This document shows positions 1 through 13,280 of a DNA stretch of 64,000 nt, piece by piece. Position 1 is the first letter of the stretch. Each line of letters starts with the position of its first letter. Position numbers and translations under genes: made by a program. The DNA is from Camelus dromedarius. Its lineage: Eukaryota. The stretch is from contig NC_087436.1 in the NCBI RefSeq assembly GCF_036321535.1, positions 75,022,001 to 75,086,000 on the forward strand, written 5' to 3'. The notes beneath the pieces were generated by a model. It was not told the origin of the DNA. It saw only the letters and a program-made list of their open reading frames with translations, and searched no databases.

Positions 1-2851
1 ATTTCTCTCATTTCTTCACTGTATTTGCTCCCAAAGTCATCCCAGACCCTCATCTTTGCACTTCCTAAGTCACAGATAAAGGGACTAGGAAGGGAGAACA
101 AGCACACATTTCTCCTTCTTCTTCCCACCAAGATCCCCCTCCTTGCATCCCTGAGAAGACATGGGGCACTGTCACTAGAGAAAGACTGGTGGCCCATGAG
201 TACACAATTCCATTAGAAGATGACAGTCCCACTACTGCAGTTTCAGACAAGATCAGAATCTTGTATAGTAATTGCCTAATTCTGGCAAACAAATAAATAT
301 GCTACATGCTTTTAAAAGCTGTAACATAAGGCACTTTGGCATGTATGCTGAAAGGAGTTCTTATTTCTCTCTCTTATATTTGTTTTCAGGATGGGGCAAG
401 AGACACTGAGAGCTCATGTGACATAACACTTGTCCTTCCAGACAGCTGAGTATTTCCGTGGATAGACAGTGGCATGTACTTGGAGGAGCTTCCTTAATAT
501 GTATTTAGACAGCAGGTGTTTAAAACATAGTTCAGCCTGTCAGACAAAGAGCCATTTCCAGTCATTCCATTTGTATGCAGAATGCACTCAGGTCAGAGAA
601 TATCCCCAGATAATATTAGAGAAAAAGAGATGTTCCGTATATGCCAATAACAAAACCCATCCACTGTGGTTAGGAATTTGAGGAGGAAGTATATAAAGGA
701 GAGATTCAAGGAGGTGTAGGTTCAGTTAATGCCTTGATAAGTTTTCCAGTTTTATGAATCCCACACTTGATTATTTTTTCATTGCCCATAATCTATTACA
801 GCAAGCTCACAAATACACTGCCTCCCAACTGTGGAGATTAAGTTTCCAAATACCTACAAAGTGAAAGAAGCTGAATTTGAGACATTTAAGAGCCTAGAAC
901 ATAAGCAGAGTTGACAGACTTAGTTTAGTATGTAAGTCCCTTACAAATTAAACTATAAAACAGCACAGTACATAAAGAGATTACCAATGACTTTTTCTAC
1001 AAATTAAATCAGTAATAATGGGTTTGTGCTTAATAAAATGGAGAGGAGAAAGATATCAAGTCCTACCTGTCATACATCTGACTAACATCTTTCTTTCCAT
1101 AGTTCCCCAAACCTTAGACCCATCTTGACTGGAATCCTTTACTCACCCCACCTGAAAAACCAAGAGGAGGAACAGGACTAGTGATGGAAAGATTCATTTA
1201 ATTTGGAATATAGTGAAATTAGGTGTATCCAAGAATTTCCAAAGAGGTGATCAGAAATAGAGGACTAAAAACAAAGAAGGAGACTAGGGGTGGAGATAGA
1301 CATTAGGGGTCATCTAGGTGGGAATGGTGGAATAACGAAAAGGAAAGGAAGTAGGTCTGACGCTTGGAATAATTCAAGAGTAGTGAAGAGAGAAAGAAAC
1401 GGAACATACAGGGGAGATGTGATTTCCCCTGAGTCTTTTTCAACTCTTCTGAAGGTTCACAAAGGCCAAGAGAATGGAATTTTTCAGAAGAAATTGATGA
1501 TTATCATGAGTGAATGTGATGGAAGGGTGGAGGGAAATAAGGACTGAGGTCATTGATTTGATGTCTGGAGTTGGCCAACCACCTCTGGGCTTCTGGACCC
1601 ACTATTCCATTAACCTGCTTCTCTCCAGGTCCAGAGGGTCTAAAGAGTGAGTGAGCCAACAGGGAAACAAAGAACAAGAATTTTCCTTTCCTTCATTGTC
1701 AGATTTGTTATTTCCATTTCTTCCTTCCTTCCTTCCTTCCTTTTCATCTTCTCTTTCAAGATGAGAGGGTAATAGAATCAAATGAACTTTCCACAGAATG
1801 AAAGAGGCTTAATTATGTCAAGAGTTGAGCTTCTTATTCAATTATTCAAATAAATAAATTGGCCATTATATTTCCTTCAGTCTCAGTTGTATTTTAATTC
1901 TTTGCATACTTTGAAGATATTTTTATTAATGAACATAAACATAACTATTTGAACAATAATGAAAAATGAGGAGTCTATGATTCTAACTGCCAGAGTTGGG
2001 AGGCCAGTTAGTGGTCGTCTAGACTGACTGTCTACAGAAATCATATTTTCTCCTATGGTGTTTCCAGAAGCAGCTGCAAGGAAATCTCTTTGTGGTCAGT
2101 TTTCAAACACTTCTAATAATTTTAAAACTCCCATTCATTGTTCTGTGTGTCTTTAAAGGGAGGAAAACTAAGAGCAAAGGGTGGCTATTAAAGAGAGGCT
2201 CAATAATTCCTCTCACATATGATAACAATTTTCAAATATTTGAAGGGCTGTCATACTTCTAAGCCTTCTTTAATGAATTTATTTAATAAACATTTTATTG
2301 AGGGCCCTATGCAAAGATGATAAAAAGCTACTCCACCCTCCAAAAATGGGAAGTTGCAAAAGGAACCTAATTTTTGGTATCCTCTCACATCCCTCCCTTA
2401 GCCTATGCAATTCCTAATGGCTTAATGCCTTTTTTTCACCCCCCGAAAAGCATGGCTACAAGCTGGCCTGCAACAGGACAGTGGGAGAAACATTCGTCTT
2501 TTGCCATGTTCACACTGAATCCAGTATTCAGTGTCACATAATTTGTAGATGGTGAGTTTAGAAAGTGAAATATTTTTTGGTGATTCCCAAAGATATCCCC
2601 TTGGTTCTCCTGGGAGGCATTACTATGTAAAAGTGAGAACGTGGTCATGTGGATAGCATCCAAGACTCTTCAGAAATAACTGCTTGGCCAGTTGGGGAGA
2701 AACCCAATCTGGAGGGGTAAGAGAAGTAGTACATTCTCACGCCGTCAGCCTCTCTAGCAAATCTTTCCTCAACTGCTGGGCAAAAAGAGGAAGATGTTAT
2801 GTGGATCACTGGGCCCATGCCTGAACCACAGGGTAGAGAATTCACATATTC

Positions 2852-2915
2852 AAAACATATTGACACAACATTGTAAACTGACTATAACTCAATAAAAAAC
2901 AATTAATTTTTAAAA
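2852..2915 (+). mobile_element. Very short 3' stub of a young L1 family
   Basis: TTGACACAACATTGTAAACTGACTATAACTCAATAAAAAA is nearly identical to the 3' tails of the TSD-flanked inserts at 49189-49434 and 50370-50508. Confidence 0.7.
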
Positions 2916-2970
2916 AATGTCTTTTTTTTTTTACCTCGGTATAGAATGTAAATTTTCCAAACTTATCTGA

Positions 2971-3064
2971 TTTCTTTTTTAATGGAGGTACTGGGGATTG
3001 AACCCAGGACCTTGTGCATGCTGTGCTAAGCATGCACTCTACCACTGAGCTATACTCACCCCCT
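2971..3064 (-). mobile_element. tRNA-derived SINE (camelid Vic-1-like)
   Basis: Reverse complement GGGGGTGAGTATAGCTCAGTGGTAGAGTGCATGCTTAGC...GGTTCAATCCCCAGTACCTCC plus an A tail. Pol III A and B boxes are present. Same family as 28029-28152. Confidence 0.85.
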
Positions 3065-4824
3065 CTATGATTTTTGACAAATACATTTCACAAACTTATA
3101 TTAAGGGTGCAAGCAAAAAGTTTGGCAAGAGTATTTGCTATCTAGAATAACACTCTTAAAACAAAAGAAAGAAGTTCCCTTTCCACCCCCCATAGACTAT
3201 TTTGTAGATGTGGAAATACTAAAAATAAGGATTAAAGTTTCCACAGAAATGAATATCTCAAAGCAGGATTCTCCATTCTATTTCCTCTCCGTATGTTTAG
3301 TATCTCATTTTCACACATCATGTGTGGTCCACTAAATTTAGATAAATCGTCTTGGCTGTGTAATTGTAAATTACTAAAGAAAGCCAAGCTTACGGGAGGG
3401 AAGGTGTATGTTGTTTGGGTTTCCTATTTTCACAATTAACAGGTAAAAATGCTGAATAAAGCAGTCAATATGGGGAAAATACTTAGGTAGAGTCTTATTC
3501 AAAAGCTTGCTACTTTAAGTAATTTCATGCCTCTCATAAGATGATATGCATGAGGATGTCTGTATCTGTATCTATATCTATATATGTAGCCCTACCAGGA
3601 GATAAATGCTAGGATACATAAGATTCATCTGGCATTCATGCTGTTACTACTAGAGACATATAAATACAGCCATATAATTGCAAGCTTTACTGAAGTAAGG
3701 TCTGTGCTGTATCATCTTTATGAATCCACCTACAGCAGCAAATGTGTACATAATTACAAGAAAGGGATATACTTCTTGTGCTGGTCATTTGCCTGCTTAC
3801 TCTTAGATTCATTCTCATCCTTCCCTAGTTCTGCCTGTATCTCAGGGTTTACATTTCCCAAGGTCCCTTGATAAATGGCTCTGAGAAGGTGTGCCAAATG
3901 GGAAGTCTTGCTGGATTACTTGGGAGTGGGAGAGAGAAGTCGAAGTGTTCTGCCCTCTCTTTCTCTGCTTTGGAGGCATCTCTGGCATTGGCTATGCTTC
4001 CTCCATAACACCAGTTCCCACGGGCTAATCATTCCAATAGATTTCAGATCTCACAAGACAGCCACCAAGAGGCGCCAGCTCCCACTAGAAGGCTCAGCTT
4101 CTGAGCCCTGGTGGCACTCTGTCCTCTTTACATTCCATCCACCCAAATGGTGGTAGCAGTTTCCTGCTTTTCCTATTTCAATATTGCCTTTGTACCTTTT
4201 TATTTGGTTCCTAGCTCTTCCATTACTTGTGTAACCAATCCCCTGCACTAAATTTCTTCTGTTTGCAGTGCCCAAAGTAATTTCTATTTTTCTGAATGGC
4301 TCCTTACTGATACAGCTCTTGGTACCAGGAACAGTGGCAGGAAGCTGATATTCAACATGGAACTCTTAAGACTGTTTGATGTCTGCTTGACCACGAATGT
4401 AATGAAGATATGCTTATAGGCAATAAATGAACACTAGTAAGTTGTGGCATGCGGTGGCATCATAATTATTGAATAAGCTGTGGTTTAATGAGACATGATA
4501 CAAGGTGATAACAAGGCTTTGGTCAAGTAACTGATGCACTGACCATTATGATAATAATTATGATTAACAAGAATTACTAGATGGTATGGATGCTTCTGAC
4601 TGCCCTGAAGAGTGTACACAAGGAAAAAGATAAGCCTAATGCCTTAAACTTTTAATGCAAAACCTTAAGCAAAGTAGCCACATTCCGTAAGCCCCATAGC
4701 CATAGAGCAGACATAGCTGAGAATCAGGCCCAAAACTTGATAATCTAGATGGAAAAGTTGCAACATTGCCTAAATGTATAGTCCTATCAGGTATTTTATG
4801 CTAAGATAAGGGCCCTTATAAACT

Positions 4825-5122
4825 ACAGGGATTTCTCATAGCTCTGGAGGCTGGAAGTTCAAGATCAAGGCACCAGTATGGTCACCTTCTGGTGAGGGCC
4901 CCCTTCCTGGTTCATAGCTGGCACCTTCTTGCTGTGTCCCCCCATAGTGAAGAAACAGGGGTTCTGCAGATTTTTTTGTAATGCGCTAATGCCATTGGTG
5001 AGGGATCCACCCTCATGGCCTAAGCCCCTTCCAAAGGCACCACACCCTAATAACATGAACTTTGGGGGTTAGGATTTAAATATATGAATTCTATAGTGAC
5101 AGAGTCATTCAGACCACAGCAG
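4825..5122 (-). mobile_element. MaLR LTR (MLT1A/MST-like), partial
   Basis: tctcatagctctggaggctggaagttcaagatcaagg...attcagaccacagca. Reverse-strand homology to the LTR at 23842-24202. Confidence 0.75.
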
Positions 5123-5329
5123 AATGTATTCTAAGACTATTCAGGAGAATGAAATTCCGAAGATTGAATCAGACTGAATTTATTGACATGGGTACACCTG
5201 GCTGGGATTTAGGATCAAATGTGTTGGTTGAAGCACCAGGGGGTGGCACTAGCCACCTATTAGGTTAGTAAACTAATGCCTAAGAGGTGTGAAGTAGAGA
5301 TGGCAGAACTTGCTTTGCATATTGAAGAA

Positions 5330-5470
5330 CAGTGCTGTCAGAAATATGAGCCACATATGTAATATCTAGTTTTCTAGTACCCATATTTTAATCCAATAAA
5401 TTTTTTTAACTTATCACTTCAAGTGCTCAATAACCATGCGAGGCTAGTGGCTACCATACTGGGGACCATA
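5330..5470. mobile_element. hAT-Charlie MITE remnant (MER3/MER33-like)
   Basis: cagtgctgtc...ttcaagtgctcaataaccatgcgaggctagtggctaccatactgg. Confidence 0.65.
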
Positions 5471-5706
5471 GGCATAGGTAAAGGAGTTTGGAGAATCCTA
5501 GAGATAAGGATTTGGAATGGGTTCATAATGTGCTAACTATTGAGCCACTCCCAACCATACACTCACCTTGAAGGGCCCAGAAGATATTCTTTTGCCACAG
5601 TATTAAGAAATACAACTACAGGAGCCTATTCAGATAAAGGATAGTTGACTCCTGTTATACAGCAGCATTAGGCTGTAGTTATATTGAAGTTAAAAATGGT
5701 TAGAAG

Positions 5707-8647
5707 TGAAGGATTCTAGGAAGATGGCACAGTAGAAAGTACCATGAATCTGTCTCCCCACCTAAGCAACAATTGCTCTGGCAGAATCTGTCTCCTGGAA
5801 CTATTGGAGACTTGAAACTTCCAGGGAAAGGCCTGGAAGGGAAAGTCTGATTAATTTTGGTCAATGTCAGCTCTTAGCATAGTAGCAGTTACCCCACCCC
5901 CAGCCACATGGCAGGCATTGTGTGCCTGTTCCTGGAGCAGCCAGCACACAGCTTGTAAGAGGCAGGGTGAGCAAAAAGGACCCAGTCTTTCAAATATTAG
6001 GGTTCTGGACTCTGACTGCCAACTGCTGCCTCTGATTCACAAAGGTGCAGACAAAGAAATAGGCCGACAATGCTGCTGCACCACCCCTCATTGTTGCAAG
6101 CCCCTCCTCCTCTGACTGAAGTGACTTCCAGAAAATTCAAAGGGCTAGTGCCCTTCCTCTCACTTCATTTTTCTCTTTTTCTCATTTTTGGATCCAAATA
6201 ATAAAGACTAGGACATTCAAAATCAACTGCATTTACAGGTAAAATTAGAAGGTGATTATGTATGCCTAGGGAAAGATGCGGGCTCAGAAAAGGCATAAGA
6301 AGGCTTTAAGTTTACACTTCAGGCTCATCCTTGGCACACAGACAGGTTACAACAATCGAAAAACCAAAAACAATAACAGAAATAGTAAACCCTAGGAAGG
6401 GGGAATATCTGATTTCCAGAATTGCCACATTATCACATTTAAATACACAGTTTTCAACAAAAAATCAAAAGCCATACAAATAAATAGGAAAGTATGGCTT
6501 TTCCTTTAAAAATCAGGAACAAGGGAGGGACGCCCACATTCACCACTTCTATTCAGCATAGTAATGGAAGTTCCAGTCAGTGAGATTAAGCAAGAAAAAG
6601 AAATAAAAGGCATCTAACTTGGAAAGGAGGAAATAAGATGATACCTTTATATGTAGATGATATTTACAGACGGTATCTATTTGCAGATGATACTCTTACA
6701 TGAAGAAAACTCTGAAGATTACACACAAACTGTTAGAACTAATAAATAATTCAGCAAAGTAACAGAATATAAAATCAATACACAAAAATGAGTTACAACT
6801 CTATACATTCACAAGTAACAATCTGAAAACATGAAAACTATTCCATTTAATAATAGCATAAAAATAAAATACTTAAGAATTTACTTAACAATGAGACGGT
6901 AAATATTAACAGTAAATTAGGTAAATACTTATGCAATGAAAACTGCAAACTATTGCTAAAAGAAATTCAAGAAGACATAAATCAATGGAAAGATATTCCA
7001 TGTTCATGGATTGGAAGACTTCATATTGTTAAAATGTCTATATTATCAAAAGTGATCTATAGAGTCAATGCAATCCCTATCAAAATCTCAACTTTTTTTT
7101 TCAGAAATAGAAAAACCCATTCTAAAATTTATATGGAATTTCAAGGGACACCAAATAGCCAAAACAATCTTGGGGGAAAAAAGAACAAAGCAGGAAGATT
7201 TATAATTTCTGATTTCAAAACTTATTAAAAAGCGGCAGTAATCAAAACACTATGGTACTGGCATAAAGACAGACATATAAGACCAATGGAACAGAATAGA
7301 GTCCAGGAATAACCTCCCCCATAAATGGTCAAATGATTTTTGACAAGGGCGCCAAGACCATTCAATGGTAAAAAAAAGCAGTCTTTTCAACAAATAGTGC
7401 TGGGAAAACTGCACATCCAATGTAAAAGAATGAAGTTGGATTTTACTTACATCATATGTGAAAAATAACTAAAAATGGATCAGAATCCTAAATGTAAAAC
7501 CTAAAGCCACAAAACTTTTAGAAGGAAATATAGGGCAAAATCTTTACAATATTACATTGGGCAATGATTTCCTAGATAAGACACCAAAGGCAGAGGCAAC
7601 AAAAGCAAAAGTAGGTGAATTGAATGTCATCCAAATGAAAAACTTTTATGCATCAGAGGACACTACCAAAAGAATAAAAAGGCAGTCCACAGAATGGGAG
7701 AAAGTATTTGCAAATCACATGTCTAGTAAGGGATTAATATCTAGGATATATAGAGAACTCCTGAAACACAGTAACAAAAAAACAAACTACCTAATTAAAA
7801 GTAGGCAAAAGACTTGAATAGCTGCTTGTATATCTTCTTTTTTTCCACGGAAGCTAATGAAAAGAAGCTCAAGATCACTAATAACTAGGGAAATGAAAAT
7901 CAAAACTACAGTGAGATATTATGACCATTAAAATGACTACTATGAAAAAAAAAAAAAAGCAGAAAACAAGTATTGGTGAGGATGTGGAGAAACCGGAACC
8001 TTTCTGCCTATTGGTGGGAATATGAAAAATAGTATGGCAGTTCCTCAAAAAATTAAAAATAGAATTATCATATAATTCAGCAATTCCACTTCTGAATATA
8101 GACCCAAAAGAATTGAAAGCAGGCTCTCAAGGAGATACTTGTACAGCCATGTTCATAGCAATTGCTAAAATGTGGAAGCAACCCAAGTGTCCATGAACAG
8201 ATGAATGGATGAGCAAAATGTGGTATATACACACAATGGAATATTATTCAGCCTTTAAAAAGAAGGAAATTCAACATGCTACAACATAGGTGAAACTTGA
8301 CATTATACTAAGTGAAATAAACTAGTCACAAAAAGATAAACACTGTATTCCACTCATATGATGTATCTAAAGTATCCAAATTCTTAGGAACAGAATGTAG
8401 AATGGTGGTGGCCACAGGGTTTGGGGAGCGGAAACTGGTGAGTTGCTATTCAATGGGTATAGAGTTTCAATTTTGCAGGATGAAAAAGCTTGAGAAATTT
8501 GTTGATGCACAAGAATGTAAATATACTTAATACTTACTGAACTGAACACTTAAAAGTGGTTAAGACAGTACGTTTTATGATGTGTTTTTTTTTTTACCAT
8601 ACAATAAAAGATGGTGCAAAAAAGATGGCGATTCTTAAAAAGAAAAT
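5707..8647 (+). mobile_element. Old L1 (L1MB-like) with both ends but a large internal deletion
   Basis: 5'UTR start (aggaagatggc). ORF2 RT/C-terminal remnants are ORFs 6953..7228 ([11 protein letters not shown]) and 7557..7817. A 3'UTR follows. TSD aaaatggttagaag (5693-5706) / aaaacggttagaag (8648-8661). Confidence 0.9.
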
Positions 8648-9489
8648 AAAACGGTTAGAAGCATGAGAATGGATGCTGAGTAGTGAAAATAGCAGTGTGT
8701 GCTAATGATTTTCGTGTGTGCTCCCGCACGCATTCCCCACCACTCCTCTATTCTAAATGTACCATAGGATGCACTATTTCTCAACCTTCTTTGCCAATCA
8801 CTTCTGGTTAGGTTCAGCCAATGAGAGACACGGTGGAAAACTGGAGGAAAGAGGGGAGGTAAAGTCATGGTATTTTCCTTTTACTGCTATAGATAGCATT
8901 TCCAGCGGACTCTGAGTCTTCTTTGTGATCCCAGCCTGCAAAAGACAATCCCTCCCTTTGTGATGACACCTCCTGCAGGCAGCCCCTGCCATGGTTCTAG
9001 CTCCTGGTAGGTAGACCCACTTTCTTGGATCTGTTTACTGCAACTCCTGCTGATTTCCATGGCTTAAAGGTTACAGTGGCTGTTGGATGTTGTTGCTAAT
9101 CTCTGGTTTACCTCACCACTCATTCTGACTTGATTTTTCCCTCTCCTGTTTAACTCACTCCCTATATTCATCTTGATTGAAATAGAACAGTTTCTGGTTT
9201 TTTTCAACTGACTCCTGACTCATACAATCCTTTATTAAAGATGCAACTAAACCTAATCCACATGGAGACATCAAAAATCCCCGTAAATGACAACATTTGA
9301 CCTACACTGACCTTTTAACTAAGGCCTACATATTTACTCCTATGTTTTGTAGAGCTTTAAGTGATTGGTATATATTTATGAAATACACAGACACACACAT
9401 ACATATTAGGAATTTATCTTATATGCCATGTACTACAGTTTTTGGTAATGAGATTTCTATAATCCAAGAGCACCCCTTATAATACCTAC

Positions 9490-10240
9490 AAACGTGGATA
9501 CCCCAGGAAATGAATTTTGAGATAGAAACTGGCATTCAGGAAGTTTTCTGGAGCATGCTCAGGACCAAATTTGGGAAGTGAAGGAAGCAATGCAGTCACA
9601 ACAAAGGCCTTAGTCGCTCCCATGGGGGCTCTGGAGCTGGCATGTCCCTTCGGAATTAGCATACATTGATGTGAGTGTGCTAAGTCTTAATAACCCCACA
9701 TTTGCCAGGCATTGGCTGCAGACAGGTGTCCCCTCCTGGCACTGGCATGACGTTGGGCAAAGCAGCTTTCCCTCCTCAGCCCAGGGTAATTATCAGGGAG
9801 GGCATCTCAGTGGAGAGTCCACTCCCAGCAGATGAGAAAAGGAGTGTCTCGGTTCTGGAGAGGGGAATCAGAGCCGTACACCACAACGTTCCCGGGGGCC
9901 ACTCAGAGCCACTTGCTTTGTATAATACATTCTGAAACCACCTCCATCCTGCCCCCCACCGAATCTTACAAGGGAAAGGTTAGTGAGATGAACTACAGCC
10001 TTTTCTGTTGCAGCTGTTCTGGGACCACAAGTGACACTCGTCAGCTGCCTCCTGCATGATCCACTTGCCCTCAGCTACCTCTCATCCTCTGCTGGTCTTG
10101 ATGGCTGACCTAGAACCTGGTTCTAGGCCATGGTTTCAGGCCAATTTAACAGCAAAATGGGGCAAGAGAATACTGGGAATTCCCCAAGTATACTCCTGGG
10201 GGCCAAATACATTCCTTCCCACTCCTGTTGTGAAATAGCA
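9490..10240 (-). mobile_element. LTR16-family ERVL LTR (~9490-9890) with adjoining internal remnant
   Basis: gcagtcacaacaaaggcc...gggggctctggagctggcatgtcccttc motif, shared with 11995-12280 and in reverse with 33930-34266. Confidence 0.6.
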
Positions 10241-10359
10241 GCTGGACCTCTGACACCACAGGTCCGCAGGGCCCTGTGGCCCGACGGGAAGGGCCACTTG
10301 CACTCTAGCCTGGAACTGCCGCAGAGGGCTTTCCTGTTTCCTGCACCAAGATCACAGAG

Positions 10360-10515
10360 CTATTGGATTACTTACCTCTCTGGGTCTCAGTTTCCTCACC
10401 TGGAAAATTAAGAGAATTACAGAACATGTTTTATGGAATTGTTGTAAATAAATAAATTAATGTACATAAAGCACATAAACAGTACTTGGTACATGATAAA
10501 CCATATAACAGTAAA
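10360..10515 (+). mobile_element. MIR SINE
   Basis: Core ttacttacctctctgggtctcagtttcctcacctggaaaat and tail aaagcacataaacagtacttggtacatg. Confidence 0.8.
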
Positions 10516-10689
10516 TTCTAGTTTTTATATTAATTCACATATTTGCCACGAGCCACAAATAAGAAAGGAATACAAGTATATACAACATGCTTAGAAAACA
10601 CAGTACTGTGTTTAAATTTATTTTAATAAGAACTTTATAATTTGCTGTTGTAATTTTAAGTATATTCCCCTGATTTGCTTCAACAGAAG

Positions 10690-13280
10690 TTTAAGATCCC
10701 TTATCATGTCATATTTGAAGATAAAAGCTAAGCCTGAGTGCACGAGAGAGTTAACATTCAGGTACATAACTTTGACCAAGGGGGTCTAGGAGCCATTGGA
10801 TAAATCTTCTCTTCCACTCCTCAGGTGGACCTTCTCAGGTGCATTTTAGAGGCTCCTCAGAGGGTTCCTGGTGGGATCACAGAAGTGATCAGCTCAAGAA
10901 CTCACCAATGAATTAGCTTGTCCTCCTCCTTCCCTGTTTGACTCTTCACAGTCCCCACTCATTTTCATTTAGATCACATCCCCAAATCAACTACATACCA
11001 GGAAGATCTCTCAGGCTCTGCCCTTTGTGAAACTCAGGCTAAGACAGCCATTACCAGAAGTAGCCCAAGAAAGCAAATGCTCAAGATGAGATTCTGAACC
11101 CGAATCACTCTCTAATCACTCCATTGCTGGTTGACACTTCCACTGGTGGTGGATTTGAAGTGCAGGAGAAAGGGGAGAAAGGGAAGTATTGGCTTCCATG
11201 GGAAGCAGTAGCAGTTTGATGCAATGGTAAGTATAAGTAAGGATTGGGGGGGTTGTCTGGTTCTCAAAACTGACTTTAGACACCTTGAAAAAAGAAAAAG
11301 ACAGGTTCAGATTAGCCAACTATAACTCAAGATAAGCTGTGAAAGTGAGATACATTCAGGGCAGTGTTTAATGACCATTATTTCAGCAGCCATGGAGCAA
11401 GCTATGCTAAAGATCAGGACCAGGATTTGCATAATAGTAGCAGAGCCACAATGAGTACAGGTATAGTCTTCAAGGCTGTGCATTCAAAGTGAGACTCTAA
11501 AGCCTGGGATGGGGACAGTCGGTAGAAAAGCTAGAGAAGCTGGAATCCCCAGCTATCCTTGAACCCTCGGGGTCCTCTCCCTTACTAGAGGAAATAAAAT
11601 CTCCCTTTGCCTAGATAACCTGCAAAGTTCTCACTTGTAGCAGGTGCCTTAAAGGACGATGCTTGTCCTTCATAAGATCTACACATGCCTCCTCTCTTTG
11701 AACTTTGATCAATAACTGTGATGACATCACAGCAGTCTGAGTAGAGGAATAAATACACCAGAAGAAAACAGCTCTCCCAAAGAATTCTAAGACCTGGGCT
11801 AACATTATGACCAGGAACCAGAAAAACATGTGAAAGCAGATCATAAAGTATTGGACCAGAGAGCCCTGAGTAAGACTGCATAGGAACAACTGATTGACAC
11901 AGTGGCACTCTCTAGTGGTTCAAGATTTGAAGTATTAGCAAGGAGTCCTGGAGGCATTCTCCATATGCTTCTGGCATGACTCCTTGAAATTGGTACGGCA
12001 GGTCGTGTTCCTTGGGAAGCATACTCTGAGATGGAGATTACTGTGCAGGAAGCTTATTAGTTTAGCAAGTGCTCTCAGGATCAAACCCTGTGAAAGGAAT
12101 CAGAAATGGACCAAGGGAGCAGCTGGGTTACAATGCAGTCTTAACCAAGGAACCCTGAGAAACTTCAAAGATGGGAAGACCCTTCAGAATTGCTGAGGTA
12201 GACTAAGACTGGGCTTTTATACTCACATGTTGCCTGGGCACTGGATGTAGGCTGCTCCCAGGAAGGGGTCACTTGGGGCTCACAATGCTAGTGTGCAAGC
12301 AGAGATTCATCGTATTGCCATAAGAAAGTAGGGGTGCTGCTACACAGTGGGAGGCAGGAAGAAGCATGTCTCGAACCCAAGAGATTCACTGGGCGGCTCT
12401 TGATTCTTTCATGCCCCGGGATGAGTTGGCAAATTCAGCCACTTACAGCCCAGTAGCCATATAACATCTTGTTGGGATGAAGGTATGGGTCACCCAACAT
12501 TAGGGAAGCAACCTAGACCCACCTATGTAGTGGTGCAAAGCTAAATAAAATCTGGAATGCATGATGAAAGATGGTGTGTGTATATTAACTGTAGCCCCAG
12601 AACCAGTTCTAGCAGTGGAGTGAAACTTGTTCCTCTAGTCCTGTTTTGCTGAGGTCACAGCCTGTCTTGACCTAGAAGGCAGTGATGAAATGGATTTAAC
12701 AATGTGTCCAAACAGATCTCACTGGCATAAGGGGTACACTGTGCTAGAGCACTCCTCTTGTGCTCCGCCTCACATCCTCTCATTTCCTTATCACCACTGC
12801 GCTGGCAGCTAGTTGCAAAGAAATGTAATAGTAGCACTTTGTCTCAGCTCCACCAAATCTCTTGCTTTCTGCACCACTCCCACCCTATCTCTCCACTATT
12901 ATTGTATAGGATACTTGCAGGAACCTGCATAGTGGATTTGATAGGTGAACAAACATGGATAGGAAAAGGAATTAGCACCCGTGGAGTAACACTTCCCGCA
13001 TGGGAGATAGGAACCCGTAAAGCAAATTCTCTCCTCTCCTATTCCTCATGAAGACAATTTTGAGGTGCATTCCATTCAGCTCCTCAGATGGTCAGTGGCA
13101 GATTTATGTCCCAGTTGCCCACAGCGGTGACCGGATCAATCATGTATCCTTGACTTTGCTTGCCCTCCTTCCCTGTTTCATTGTTTCTAGTCCCCTACTC
13201 AGCTTTCTTGGAATCACTTCTCCAAATAAACTACCAGCATATGAGCCCTCATCTTGGTGTCTGCGTTTTGAGAGAATCAT
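10690..13280 (+). mobile_element. Degraded LTR16-family ERVL provirus (5' LTR ending 11046, internal remnant, 3' LTR ~12700-13280) with an inverted LTR16 fragment nested at ~11995-12280
   Basis: LTR end ctcaggctaagaca followed by PBS-like attaccagaagtag. Both LTRs share atcac...ccaaat(c/a)aactac. Confidence 0.55.

Larger units (their letters stand above)
3790..9225 (+). mobile_element. Degraded ERVL/MaLR-class provirus: 5' LTR ~3790-4313, internal remnant, 3' LTR ~8700-9225 (LTR33/LTR41-like), interrupted by younger elements
   Basis: Both LTRs end similarly (cttactgataca, ctgactcataca). The 5' LTR is followed by PBS-like ttggtaccagg. The internal region ends ggatgctgagtag just before the 3' LTR. 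Subfamily from recall. Confidence 0.6.

Noticed and set aside
1612..1652. Plus-strand 18-nt microexon (cttctctccag|GTCC...AGA|gtgagt), and an acceptor-like site at ~389
   Set aside because: The splice-like motifs have no supporting partner exons or ORF. I found no chemokine-like (CXCL13) coding sequence in 1-3.7 kb, although that gene neighbours CNOT6L in human.
6953..7817. ORFs of 91 and 86 aa as genes
   Set aside because: They are frameshifted L1 ORF2 remnants ([20 protein letters not shown]).
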